Positions 39,888 to 51,355 of a stretch of 64,000 bases of DNA are shown in pieces (position 1 is the first letter of the stretch; each line of letters begins with the position of its first letter). The notes under the pieces were generated by a model. The model ran no database searches, had not been told where the DNA came from, and saw nothing but the letters and a program-made list of their open reading frames with translations. The position numbers were made by a program, and so were the translations under genes. Source of the DNA: Gemmatimonadota bacterium (GTDB taxonomy: Bacteria > Gemmatimonadota > Gemmatimonadetes > Gemmatimonadales > GWC2-71-9); NCBI GenBank assembly GCA_039588295.1, contig JBDHAB010000010.1:57914-121913 (forward strand), given 5' to 3'.

Positions 39888-39913
39888 GCAAACCTCCCTG
39901 CTGTTTACAGGGG

Positions 39914-40525
39914 CTAGTGGAACGTGAGAGCCACCCCGAACCGGAGTAGGGAGTGACGAACGCCGGTCAGGCTTTCACCCTCGGCTTCCAGGTTGGCCCC
40001 GACAGACGCCACGAAATCGAACTGTGGGGTGATAGCGAGTCGATCGGATACACGAAGATCGTACCCGACGCCCACGAGCACCCCAACGCTCCTCGTGGTG
40101 ATGGCCGGTTCCGAACCGTCATCCGCGTCGGCCCGATAGAACAGCACGCCGGGGCCCGCCGACAGGTACCATGGTGCTCCCAACGGGTTCGGGTAAAACC
40201 GTGCCACCGCTACGACCGTACCGAGGGTAAGATTCACCGGGCCCTCGTCTCCCCTCCAGCCAACACCCTCAATTCCCAGGGCGAGCCGGTTGCCGACCGT
40301 GCTGCCAAACGCGAGGTTCGCGGTGAGGCCGCCTTCCCTCCCGCCGTTGCAGACATCGCACTGTGAAGCAGCGAAGCCCATACCGATCCCGCCGCTCAAC
40401 CAGAGCCCACGAGCTGAGCCGGCCTGTTGCGCCTGCGCTGCGCCACCCAGCGTGACGCCCAGCACCACGATGGCACCGAGCGGCCTCGCGTACCGTATCG
40501 CTCTCCTGGGACTGATACCGTTCAT
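39914..40525 (-). CDS. Small outer-membrane beta-barrel protein
   Basis: Signal peptide, alternating strands, GVGYDLR, C-terminal GVALTFH. Confidence 0.75.
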   Translation of the reverse strand: MNGISPRRAIRYARPLGAIVVLGVTLGGAAQAQQAGSARGLWLSGGIGMGFAASQCDVCNGGREGGLTANLAFGSTVGNRLALGIEGVGWRGDEGPVNLTLGTVVAVARFYPNPLGAPWYLSAGPGVLFYRADADDGSEPAITTRSVGVLVGVGYDLRVSDRLAITPQFDFVASVGANLEAEGESLTGVRHSLLRFGVALTFH

Positions 40526-40558
40526 TGACACCTCGTTATACGCCGATCGGTCTGGCAT

Positions 40559-41002
40559 TTAGTTGTTGCGCGCCCCCTCCGCAATCCACAGGCGCAGCGT
40601 ATCGATCTGCGCCTGGCCGAGCGACCCACCCAACGGCATGCGCGTGCCTACGCCACCGACGGTTCCGGCGTTGCCCTCCAGCTTGAGGACGATATAGCTG
40701 GAGTCCGGGTTCCCCGGCCTGACCCGAAGCAGCCCGGGCACCTGCGAAGCCGCGACGTTTACCGTGTTACCGTATGCCTGCCCGACGCTCAGGTTCATAC
40801 CCTCCTGAGGCGTGGCGCCCGCATGGCAGTTCGCGAACGCACAGTTCTGCGTGAACATCGGCTGCACTACCGCAGCGAATCGGACGGAATCGGGTGGCGG
40901 CTGGATCGGCGGCTGGGTGACACCGCCCGCATCAGCACAACCCGTCAAGCCGACCGCAACGCATACAGCCACGCACGCGACCGTGGCAGGCAAAACCGAC
41001 AT
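40559..41002 (-). CDS. Lipoprotein, putative c-type cytochrome with a CX4CH motif
   Basis: Lipobox LTGC; CAFANCH; VRPGNPDSS; RMP (distal Met); WIAEGA. Confidence 0.7.
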   Translation of the reverse strand: MSVLPATVACVAVCVAVGLTGCADAGGVTQPPIQPPPDSVRFAAVVQPMFTQNCAFANCHAGATPQEGMNLSVGQAYGNTVNVAASQVPGLLRVRPGNPDSSYIVLKLEGNAGTVGGVGTRMPLGGSLGQAQIDTLRLWIAEGARNN

Positions 41003-41223
41003 CCGTTGTACTCCTTTGCCGGGCCAAGGTTCTTAATGCATCCGCGAGGCGATCCGGCCTGTGAGGCAGATCACACCCGGCGGTACCTTCGGTGAAAGCG
41101 TGTGGCTGACTTGAGGATACGGCTTCGGCCAACTTGACCCCCCAGGCCGCCCCGAACATAATCAGCGTTACCCTCTCACGGGCTGGTTGATCGGCCAACG
41201 CTCGCACGGTGGTGGAGGATCGG

Positions 41224-41730
41224 GTGATTCAGAAAAAAGTCTGCATGGTCGGGGTGTCGGGAGCCGGCAAGACGAGCTTGGTGCGTCAGTTCGTGCACTC
41301 CAAGTTCTCGGAAAAGTACCATTCCACCGTGGGCGTGAAGATCGATCGAAAGCAGGTCGATATCGACGGCACGGAGGTAAACCTCTTGCTCTGGGATCTC
41401 GAGGGTCGAGACGAGCGGCAGACGCTGCAGGCAAGCTATCTCCGAGGCTCGGCCGGACTCATCTATGTGGTTGATGGCACTCGTCGGGAAACGTATGAAC
41501 AGGTGTTTGAGCTACGGGACGTCGCAACAGAGGCTGCCGGGGCTGTTCCGTCGGTAGTCGCCGTCAACAAGGCCGACCTCGCGGACCAGTGGCGGGTCGG
41601 AGAGGACCAACTCCAGGCACTCGACGAGCAAGGCTGGCACCGCTTCACCACTAGCGCGAAGACGGGAGAGGGTGTCGAAGATGCATTTCGCTGGCTGGCG
41701 GCAGCGACGCTCCAAGGCGGCAAGGCATGA
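41224..41730 (+). CDS. Rab/Ras-like small GTPase
   Basis: G1 GVSGAGKT, G2 STVG, G3 WDLEG, G4 NKAD, G5 SAK; GGAGG RBS before GTG 41224. Confidence 0.92.
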   Translation: MIQKKVCMVGVSGAGKTSLVRQFVHSKFSEKYHSTVGVKIDRKQVDIDGTEVNLLLWDLEGRDERQTLQASYLRGSAGLIYVVDGTRRETYEQVFELRDVATEAAGAVPSVVAVNKADLADQWRVGEDQLQALDEQGWHRFTTSAKTGEGVEDAFRWLAAATLQGGKA

Positions 41731-42563
41731 GCCCGGCACCCCCGATCCCGGCGCGAATAGACACGTTCGGTCTCACCGACACCGGCAAGGTGCGATCCCA
41801 AAATGAGGATCAGTTTCTCTTAGCCTCGCTCGACAAATCCCTCAGCCTGCAGCATACGAGCCTTCCGGACCCGGAGGCCCTCGGACAATTCGGGCGGGCG
41901 TCCGCGCAGCTCTTCATCGTCGCGGACGGGGTGGGTGGAGTGGCCGGCGGGCAACTCGCCAGCGGCACCGCCGTGCAGGCGCTCGCGGAGTACATCGGCC
42001 GCACCGCAGGCTGCTATTACAACTACGATGTCGACGTCGAAAACGAGTTCCTCGAGCAGTTGGAGCGGGCGGTAGAGCGCGCACACGAGCGCGTTCGCGC
42101 CTTTGCCGGCAAGGGACAGGGGCCTGCAACGACTGTGACGATGGTGACACTCGTCTGGCCACGCGCATACGTTATCCACGTCGGTGACAGTCGCGGCTAT
42201 TATCTTCGCCAGGGACGGCTGCGTCAGTTCACGCGTGATCAAACCATGGGAGAGTTGCTGGTCGACGAGGGTGTCGTCACGGAAGAACAGGCGAGAAGCT
42301 CACGACTCGACAATGTGCTGGCCAGCGCGGTCGGCGGCGACCTGCACCCGTCCATCGGCCTCGTCGACCTGCAATACGACGACTCCCTGCTGTTGTGCAC
42401 CGATGGTCTGACGAAACACGTATCCGACGATCAGATCACGGAAGCGCTCCAACAGGGTGAGAGCGCCGAGCAGATCTGCCGACAGCTCGTCACTGCGGCC
42501 CTGGAGGATGGCGGCACGGACAACGTGACGGTCGTAGTCGGGAGGATGAACCCACCAACCTAG
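41727..42563 (+). CDS. PP2C/PPM family Ser/Thr phosphatase
   Basis: RSQNED, VADGVGG, HVGDSRGY, LCTDGL, GGTDN; overlaps the GTPase stop. Confidence 0.94.
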   Translation: MSPAPPIPARIDTFGLTDTGKVRSQNEDQFLLASLDKSLSLQHTSLPDPEALGQFGRASAQLFIVADGVGGVAGGQLASGTAVQALAEYIGRTAGCYYNYDVDVENEFLEQLERAVERAHERVRAFAGKGQGPATTVTMVTLVWPRAYVIHVGDSRGYYLRQGRLRQFTRDQTMGELLVDEGVVTEEQARSSRLDNVLASAVGGDLHPSIGLVDLQYDDSLLLCTDGLTKHVSDDQITEALQQGESAEQICRQLVTAALEDGGTDNVTVVVGRMNPPT

Positions 42564-42615
42564 CCGCCGTCGGTGTGACCGACACGCGAAGCGCCAGTCA
42601 GGTCCCGGACGAGTG

Positions 42616-43878
42616 CTACCGCTCCGGGCGCTTTACGACGATTCCCCCTTTCATCACGAACTGGACGTCCTCCAGCAGGCGCACGTCTTCCAGGGGATTC
42701 CCGGGAACCGCAACCAGATCTGCCAACAATCCGTCGGCGATCCGGCCCCGGTCGTCGACGCCAAGCAGCGTCGCTGCTCCGATGGTCGCTGCGCGAATGG
42801 CATCGATCGGGCTCATGCCCTGTGCTACCAGAACCGCGAACTCCCTCGCGTTGTCCCCGTGCGGAAACACACCGGCATCGGTGCCGAAGCCAATGTTCAC
42901 CCCAGCGGCGATCGCACGGCGCAGGCTCTGCCGCGCACGTGGCAGGATGTACTCGGCCTTTGCACGAATGGGTGCCGGGAGCGCGCCCAGATCCACGGCG
43001 TCGGCGAGGTAGCTGGTCGGTACCAGGTACGTGCCGTGTTGAACCATGAGCCGGATCGCTTCGTCGTCGAGCATGGAGCCGTGGTCGATCGAGGCCACAC
43101 CGGCGCGCACCGCCGCCTTGATACCCTCGGTGCCATGCGCGTGCGCCGCCACATTCAATCCGTGGCGCGTGGCCTCCTGCACGATGGCTACCATCTCTTC
43201 ATCGGAGAACTGCTGCGCACCCACGGGGCCCTCGAACGAAAGCACGCCTGCCGTCGCACAGAACTTGATCACTTTCGCCCCGTGCTTGATCTGATAGCGC
43301 GCGGCTCGAAGGACACCGGCGACGCCATCCGCTATTCCGTCTTCAGGACCGGTTTCCGCCACGCCAGGGGCGTAGCCGGTCAGGTCGCAATGCCCACCGG
43401 TGATCCCCAAGGCATGGCCGGCAGGGAACATTCGGGGTCCCGGGATCAACCCGTTGTCGATTGCCCGCAGCAACGCCACGTCGGCGAACCCAACGGATCC
43501 CACGTCCCTCACCGTGGTGAACCCCGCCAGCAGTGTTCGTCTCGCGTTCCGAGCACCGCGCAACGCCACGTCAGCGGCGGTCTCTTTGACCGGCCGATGA
43601 ACCCAGTCGCCCTCGATATCGTAGCCGAGATGCGTATGCAGGTCGATCAGGCCAGGCAGCAGGGTGACGTTGCCCAGATCGAGCACCTCGGCGTTGCTGG
43701 AGACCGCGCCACCCACCTGTCGGATCCGATCACCCTCGATCATCACGGCCGCATCGCGAACCAGACGACCAGTCTCCACATCAAGCAGCCGGGCGGCACG
43801 CACGACCGTGGTTTGGGCGCCGACTGAAGTCCCACTGACCAGCAGTCCGATCACGACGAGTCGAATGGTGCGATGCAT
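42616..43878 (-). CDS. Exported metal-dependent amidohydrolase (Xaa-Pro dipeptidase-like)
   Basis: PGLIDLHTH, GFTTVRD, GGHCD, AHAHG, FGTDAG. Confidence 0.9.
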   Translation of the reverse strand: MHRTIRLVVIGLLVSGTSVGAQTTVVRAARLLDVETGRLVRDAAVMIEGDRIRQVGGAVSSNAEVLDLGNVTLLPGLIDLHTHLGYDIEGDWVHRPVKETAADVALRGARNARRTLLAGFTTVRDVGSVGFADVALLRAIDNGLIPGPRMFPAGHALGITGGHCDLTGYAPGVAETGPEDGIADGVAGVLRAARYQIKHGAKVIKFCATAGVLSFEGPVGAQQFSDEEMVAIVQEATRHGLNVAAHAHGTEGIKAAVRAGVASIDHGSMLDDEAIRLMVQHGTYLVPTSYLADAVDLGALPAPIRAKAEYILPRARQSLRRAIAAGVNIGFGTDAGVFPHGDNAREFAVLVAQGMSPIDAIRAATIGAATLLGVDDRGRIADGLLADLVAVPGNPLEDVRLLEDVQFVMKGGIVVKRPER

Positions 43879-44104
43879 GAGGGATCTCCTTGTCTGCCGC
43901 TGCACCGGCGTGAGCGACAGTAGTCCGCAGGTGGGGAGGCGAGACGATTCCCGCCCGCTCGAGAACGACGAAGCGCCAAACGTACCGGTTAGGCGGCAAG
44001 AGACACAAGCACGGCGGCAGGATTGCTGCGACACGGCCGAGGTGTGAGATTTTGCTGACCGGCGCGAACCACGTGCACCGGCCCCACCGAGGAGGAAGGC
44101 ACCA

Positions 44105-44992
44105 ATGTCGGTACGCAATACGGTGATCCACATGAGCTTAGCCGCTGCCGTCGTGGGATTGGCCAGCTGTGATCCGTCCCAAGAAGCCCAGCAGCGCATC
44201 GAGGAGCTGACCGTCGCCGCCGCCCAGAAGGACAGTGTCGTTCAGGAACTCGCCGACATGGCGAGATTCATGAGCGACATCAACGCCGAACTCGCCGACG
44301 TGCAGCTCGAGGGGGCGCAGCTCGTGGCGAGTGAGTCGCCGATTCAGGCATCGAGAGAGAGCGTGCTCACGAAGATCCGGTTCCTCAACGAACGGGTCGA
44401 CGAGAGTGCGACCCGTCTCGAGGACTCACGACGGCGGATCCGCGGTTTGACGCGGCTGTCGGACAGCTTGCGCACGAGCATGGAGCAGACCATCACGAAC
44501 TACGAGCGGATGCTCGAAGCGAATCGGGAGACCATCGCGTCGCTCACGGGGCAGATCGGGAACCTTCGTGAGGAAAACGTCAGGCTCGCCGCAACCGTCG
44601 ATACCCTTGCCGCTGCGGTCGACACGCTCAAGGCAGAGACAAGCACCGTGTACTACGTGATCGGCACCAAGGACGAGCTTGTGGAACGCGGCATCGTGCG
44701 CAAGGAGGGCGGTGCGCGGGTCCTCTTCATTTTTGGGAAGCGCGGTGAGACGCTGGTACCGGCACGTGAGCTGGATGCGGCCGACTTCACGCCGATCGAC
44801 AAGTGGACAGTGACCGAGATCCCACTGCCCGACTCCACGGCAGAGTATACGATTGCATCGCGTCAGAACCTGGAGTTCCTGGTGACCCCCCGAGACGACA
44901 AGGGGAGGATCACGGGTAGCGAGAACATTCTGATTGGGACACCAGAGGCGTTCTGGATGCCGTCCAGGTTCCTGATCATCGTCCAGGGCTAG
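44105..44992 (+). CDS. Coiled-coil lipoprotein (Cbp1-like C-terminal domain)
   Basis: Lipobox LASC, long heptad region, VYYVIGTKDEL..GIV..EGG, FW.PSRFLII. Confidence 0.7.
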   Translation: MSVRNTVIHMSLAAAVVGLASCDPSQEAQQRIEELTVAAAQKDSVVQELADMARFMSDINAELADVQLEGAQLVASESPIQASRESVLTKIRFLNERVDESATRLEDSRRRIRGLTRLSDSLRTSMEQTITNYERMLEANRETIASLTGQIGNLREENVRLAATVDTLAAAVDTLKAETSTVYYVIGTKDELVERGIVRKEGGARVLFIFGKRGETLVPARELDAADFTPIDKWTVTEIPLPDSTAEYTIASRQNLEFLVTPRDDKGRITGSENILIGTPEAFWMPSRFLIIVQG

Positions 44993-44999
44993 TCGGGAG

Positions 45000-46290
45000 T
45001 CAGGCGGAAGCCTCGTCGGCACGTGCCGCGACCGCCTGCTCCGCCTCTCTCGCGGCACGGCGCCCTTCGTCGACGTTCACGAAGAGCAGGAGCAGCGCAC
45101 CGACGGCAAAGAAACTCAGCACCGAGAGCACGGCCCCGCGGCTCGAGCCGGTGACGGCAATCATGACGGCAAAGACCGCGGGGCCTGCGATCCCTGCGAA
45201 CTTCTCGAACACCGCGAACAGCCCGAAGAACTCACCCGATTCGTGACGCGGGATCATGCTGCCGAACAGTGAGCGGCTGAGCGCCTGCGTACCCCCCTGC
45301 ACCATCCCCACCAACATGGCGAGCAGCAAGAAATGCGTGCTCGTCGTCATGAAATAGCCGAGCACGGTGATCCCGACATAGGTCGCAAGCCCCATGAAGA
45401 TGGACCGCTTGGCGCCAATGATGCCGGCAAGCGCGCCGAACAGGAACGCGAACGGGATGCCTACGAATTGGACAATCACGATCGCCGTGATCATCACGGT
45501 GCGATCGATCCCCAGCTCTTCGCCATAGATCGTTGCCATGCGGATGATGGTCCCAATGCCGTCGTTGTAGATCAAAAACGCGACCAGCAGCAGGAACGCG
45601 TGGCGGTAGCGGCGGAGCTCGCGGAATGTTCTCCCCAGACGGGCGAACGCTGCGTTGAGTGCCCCCAGTCGCCGTTCCTCCGGGCTCAGCAACCTGACCT
45701 TCGGTTCGGGAACCCGTCGAAAGAGCGGAATCGCGAAGAGACCCCACCAAACGGCTGTGGCCAGGAAGGCGAGTCGCGCCGGCAGTGAGGCCTGGGTCGG
45801 AGTCGCTTCGGCTGGGACCCCGATCCAGCTGGGGTTCTGGATCACGACGAGACAGAGCGCCAGCAACAAGCCACCCCCGACGTAACCCAGGGCATAGCCA
45901 GCCGTCGACACTTGGTCGATCTCATCTCGCCTGGCGACATGCGGGCCCCTGGCGGATGAAGAACATCATGGCAATCGCCACGACGCCCACCCCCAGGAAG
46001 CTCCTGAGCAGCTTGAGCTTGATGGGGGAGTGGTCCGCAATCGCGCCGAGTACGGGCGCGGCAATCGCGATGATGGCGAGTCCAATGGTCGTCGCGACAC
46101 TGAACCGGAACGTCGCGACCTGAGCCGGAAGTCCGCTCGCCGCGTATGAGGCGAAGAAGATCGGGAACACGGCGGTGATGACCACCACGATCATGGCCGA
46201 ATTGGCCCAGTCGTACATGGCCCACGCGCGCTGCTCCCGTGTGCGCAAGCCAATGCGGGCCAGCAAGCCGGATTGCAGCGCTGGACTCAT
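45000..46290 (-). pseudogene. UMF1/ATG22-like MFS transporter with an internal deletion and frameshift near 45945
   Basis: N-part (WAMYDWANS...FFIRQG) and C-part (PHVARRDEIDQVSTAGYALGY...) lie in different frames; the TM4/FYDSLL-type segment is missing. Confidence 0.8.
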
Positions 46291-46418
46291 CTCATTCACA
46301 CATCGGTGTCGGATTCCACATGGAGCCCCAAGGTACCGGCCCAATCGTGTCACGCAAGGCGTCGTACCAACGGTAACGATTCATGCCGTGCCAATCACCG
46401 ACGGGGCCCCCATCGCGA

Positions 46419-46964
46419 TCACACCAACGCGGCAACCACTACGACGAGCCCAGCGAGCACGCCCGCTGCAGTCACCAGGGCGGCCACGGCAATGACCGCG
46501 AGGGCCACGACGAGCGACACGGGATTGGCCATTCGGACCAGCGCAGAGGTGCTGAACAGGAGATCACGGCTCTCACGCATCAACCCCCACACGTCATAAA
46601 GCCGTCGGCCCAGTAGCCAGCCACGACGGACGCCCGGGCCCGACGCTCCGATGCTCCGGAGCGCGGCCGAGCGCTCCCGGGTTGCCTGAGCGAGCTCGGC
46701 CGTCCGTTGCGGAACGCGGGCCAGATCTGCCAATCCCCATGAGAGCACGAGTGCCGCGATGCCCGGCACGGCAAGGAGCATGAGACCGAGGCCCGACAAG
46801 CCAGTCACCCACCACGCGTGAAACGCAACCGGCCGGAGCAGCAGGTAGCCCAGCCACATCCCGGACGCAACCGCGACCAGCCCGAGCAAGCGTACCTGTC
46901 GAGCTAACGTCGCGGAAAGATCGAACAGCCTGGTCAGTGGAACCGTTACACCACTGGGAAGCAT
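46419..46964 (-). CDS. Hypothetical membrane protein
   Basis: Three hydrophobic segments; start uncertain. Confidence 0.55.
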   Translation of the reverse strand: MLPSGVTVPLTRLFDLSATLARQVRLLGLVAVASGMWLGYLLLRPVAFHAWWVTGLSGLGLMLLAVPGIAALVLSWGLADLARVPQRTAELAQATRERSAALRSIGASGPGVRRGWLLGRRLYDVWGLMRESRDLLFSTSALVRMANPVSLVVALAVIAVAALVTAAGVLAGLVVVVAALV

Positions 46965-47120
46965 GGCCACAGGATGAGCACTCCAGCGCCCGCTTGTCCA
47001 GGGCGCGTGGCAGTTCCACCGCAAACTCGTGCCCCGGCTTGCCACCGGCATGTCTTGCCGCCAAGCTACCGGACACTTGAGCGACACACATACGGTCACG
47101 GCGAACGGCAGGACGATACC

Positions 47121-48224
47121 ATGAAGATCACTCGCATCTCGGCCTTCCAAGTGGATCTCCCACTCGCAGAGGGCCGGTACGCCTGGTCCGGCGGGAAATC
47201 AGTCTCCGTGTTCGACAGCACGATCGTGCGGGTCGAAACGGACGAGGGTATCGTTGGGCACGGAGAAGTCTGCCCGCTGGGACCGGTCTACTTGCCGGCG
47301 TATGCCGCAGGAGTCCGGGCGGGGCTCACCGAGTTCGCACCGGCATTGATCGGCGTCGACCCGACGCGGCTCGGACCCCTCAACACACTGATGGATCGGA
47401 CGCTGAAGGGCCACCCGTACGCCAAATCACCGATTGACATGGCCTGCTGGGACATCCTCGGACAGGCGGCCGGAGTCCCCGTCAGCCTGTTGCTGGGAGG
47501 CACGTACGGCGCAGACTTCGCCCTGTACCGCGCCATCTCACAGGAACCGGCACCAGCAATGGCCAAGCGCGTCGCGGAATACCGCGCTGAAGGCTACCGC
47601 CGATTCCAACTCAAGGTGGGGGGCGACCCTGAAGAAGACGTCGAGCGCATTCGTACGGTCGCCGACGGGCTCGAGCCGGGTGACGTGCTGGTCGCCGACG
47701 CCAACACCGGATGGCTCACCCACGAGGCGCTGCGGGTGGTTCGCGCGGTACGCGATGTGGACGTCTACATTGAGCAGCCGTGCGCCACCTATGAGGAATG
47801 CCTCACCGTCCGGCGACATACTGACCACCCGTTTGTGCTCGACGAGTCGATTCAGGACCTGCCGGCGCTGCTCCGCGGGCACGCTGACGGGGCCATGGAC
47901 GTCGTCAACATCAAGATCGGCAAGTTGGGCGGCCTCACACGGGCGCGGCTGGTGCGGGATGTCTGCGTCGAATTGGGGATTGCGATGACCATCGAGGACA
48001 GCTGGGGCGGCGATGTCACAACTTCAGCGATTGCCCATTTGGCTCACAGTACACCCCCCGAGCTCCGTTTCACGGCAACCGACTTCAACAGCTACGTGAC
48101 GGTCTCTACGGCCGACGGCGCGCCACAACGCGCGGGTGGACGCCTTGCCGCATCAGAGAAACCTGGACTGGGCATCACGCCCCGCGAGAACGTACTGGGG
48201 AATCCCGTGATGGTGGTGGAGTAG
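47121..48224 (+). CDS. Enolase-superfamily enzyme, cis-3-hydroxy-L-proline dehydratase-like
   Basis: [39 protein letters not shown]. Confidence 0.8.
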   Translation: MKITRISAFQVDLPLAEGRYAWSGGKSVSVFDSTIVRVETDEGIVGHGEVCPLGPVYLPAYAAGVRAGLTEFAPALIGVDPTRLGPLNTLMDRTLKGHPYAKSPIDMACWDILGQAAGVPVSLLLGGTYGADFALYRAISQEPAPAMAKRVAEYRAEGYRRFQLKVGGDPEEDVERIRTVADGLEPGDVLVADANTGWLTHEALRVVRAVRDVDVYIEQPCATYEECLTVRRHTDHPFVLDESIQDLPALLRGHADGAMDVVNIKIGKLGGLTRARLVRDVCVELGIAMTIEDSWGGDVTTSAIAHLAHSTPPELRFTATDFNSYVTVSTADGAPQRAGGRLAASEKPGLGITPRENVLGNPVMVVE

Positions 48225-48235
48225 GCCTCGCTACG

Positions 48236-49318
48236 CTAGCTCCACGATCGGGGCACCGCCTCGGGCTTCGTAGCGGCAACCTCACCGTTCCCACCGACCA
48301 GCCGTTGCCGCACCTGGCGGAGATCTCGGAATCGGATCAACTGAAGCTCATCCTCGTCCCACAAGCTGAGCCAGAGCGTCTTCACGCTCTCCTTGATGGT
48401 CAGCTTGGTCACCTGGTGCAGCTCGGGATTCTCTTTATAGCACCGCTGCAGGTGATAGTTGGGAATCCGGCTGCAGATGTGGTGGATGTGGTGGAATCCA
48501 ATGTTCCCGGTGGCCCAGTGCAGCACCTTCGGCAGCACGAACAATGACGCGCCCTCCAGCCCAGCCGCGTAGTAGTCCCACCCCTCGCGGTAGCGCCAGT
48601 AGGTGTCTTCGTACTGGTGTTGCACGTAGAAGAGAAACACGCCGATCGAGCCAGAGATCAGCGTGATCGGCAGCTGGATTAGCAGAAACCGGTCGAGGCC
48701 CACGATGAGCCACATCGCGAGGAAGCCCGCGGCGAGCGCCGCATTGGTCCAGTGAACGCTGGCCCACTCGCGCTTCCATTTTCTGGGGAGATCCGCCGGG
48801 AAACGATGCTTGATGAGGAACTGGTACGCCGGCCCGATCAGTAGCAACACCACTGGATGGCGATACAGACGATACAAGAACCGCTTGACCCAGGGGAGAC
48901 TGAGGTACTCACGGGCCGTGAGCGTGTCGATATCACCGAAACCGCGCGTATCGAGGTTTCCGGAATTCGCGTGGTGCATCGCATGTGTCTTGCGCCAGTA
49001 GGCGTAGGGTACCAGGGTAAGCACCCCGAGTACCGCTCCCACGACGTTGTTGGCGTGCCGCGACCGGAAGAATGACGCGTGCCCGCAGTCATGTTGAATA
49101 ATGAAGAGCCGAACCAAGAGTAAGGCCGCCGGTACAGCGAGGAGCAAGGTCAGCCAATAACTGACACCGAGGCTCCAGAGCATCGCGAGCCAAAGCACCG
49201 CGAACGGGACTGCCGTATTCACGATCTGGCACACGCTGCGCCACAGTTCCGGTTTGCGGTACCGCGCCAGCAGTGCGTTCCAGTCGATATCAGTTCGAGT
49301 TACCGTGCTCGCCGTCAT
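48236..49318 (-). CDS. Membrane fatty acid desaturase (Des-like)
   Basis: His boxes HDCGH, HAMHH, QH, HHIHH. Confidence 0.93.
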   Translation of the reverse strand: MTASTVTRTDIDWNALLARYRKPELWRSVCQIVNTAVPFAVLWLAMLWSLGVSYWLTLLLAVPAALLLVRLFIIQHDCGHASFFRSRHANNVVGAVLGVLTLVPYAYWRKTHAMHHANSGNLDTRGFGDIDTLTAREYLSLPWVKRFLYRLYRHPVVLLLIGPAYQFLIKHRFPADLPRKWKREWASVHWTNAALAAGFLAMWLIVGLDRFLLIQLPITLISGSIGVFLFYVQHQYEDTYWRYREGWDYYAAGLEGASLFVLPKVLHWATGNIGFHHIHHICSRIPNYHLQRCYKENPELHQVTKLTIKESVKTLWLSLWDEDELQLIRFRDLRQVRQRLVGGNGEVAATKPEAVPRSWS

Positions 49319-49807
49319 GATCACTCGCGTCTCACCGTGGGCATCATTTCCATGTGCCTCAGCCGTGTCCGTGTCACGAAAAAGGCCGTCCTCGCGAACG
49401 GCCCGCAGGTCTAGCTCTATAAAACTACATCACTCGCGCGGGCGAAGCCAGGGAACTAGCCCTCGCGCCACCGTCGCCAGATCGGGAATCGCCCGCACCG
49501 TTTCGGCGCAGCCCTGTTGCATTCCGTCCGATGCACCACTCGATCGTCAGACGGCTCGTCCACCTGCCGCTGCTGTTCATTGTCCTAGGAATCGGTCTCC
49601 GGGCGCGGGGCTGTTCAGCATCCAGACCGTCTTCTTCGGGTACGGATTCCATTTCTCGCGCCGGATAGACCATTGTCTTTCCGGTACCCGGCAGGTGCAT
49701 GCCTTCGCTCGCCCAGGCGAGTCGGATCGCCCGGGCCCTCGGGGCGAGCGGAGTACGAGCAGTGGCCGGACTGAAGGCCCCGAGTAGCGCGGTCGCCGCG
49801 TGAGAAG

Positions 49808-49835
49808 TTGACAACCTCAAGTCCACTCGTAACTT
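49808..49835 (+). promoter_or_regulatory. Sigma70-type promoter of the pyrimidine catabolism operon
   Basis: TTGACA-N16-TAACTT about 50 bp upstream of the ATG at 49885. Confidence 0.55.
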
Positions 49836-49840
49836 AGCGC

Positions 49841-49872
49841 GAACCGGCCCTGCGGCCGGTTCTTCTCTTTTT
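49841..49872 (+). terminator. Terminator-like hairpin in the operon 5' leader
   Basis: GAACCGGCC-CTGC-GGCCGGTTC followed by TTCTCTTTTT. Confidence 0.5.
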
Positions 49873-49884
49873 GGAAGGCGCGCC

Positions 49885-51333
<1,449 letters not shown>

Positions 51334-51355
51334 GCGCCCTTCAGCCGAGGTAGCG

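Noticed and set aside
43879..44199. N-terminal extension of the amidohydrolase ORF
   Set aside because: Overlaps the divergent gene and looks non-coding; ATG at 43878 has an RBS and a signal peptide
49325..49800. Possible small gene in the gap between the desaturase and mmsA
   Set aside because: Candidate ORFs lack a convincing RBS, motifs or plausible composition
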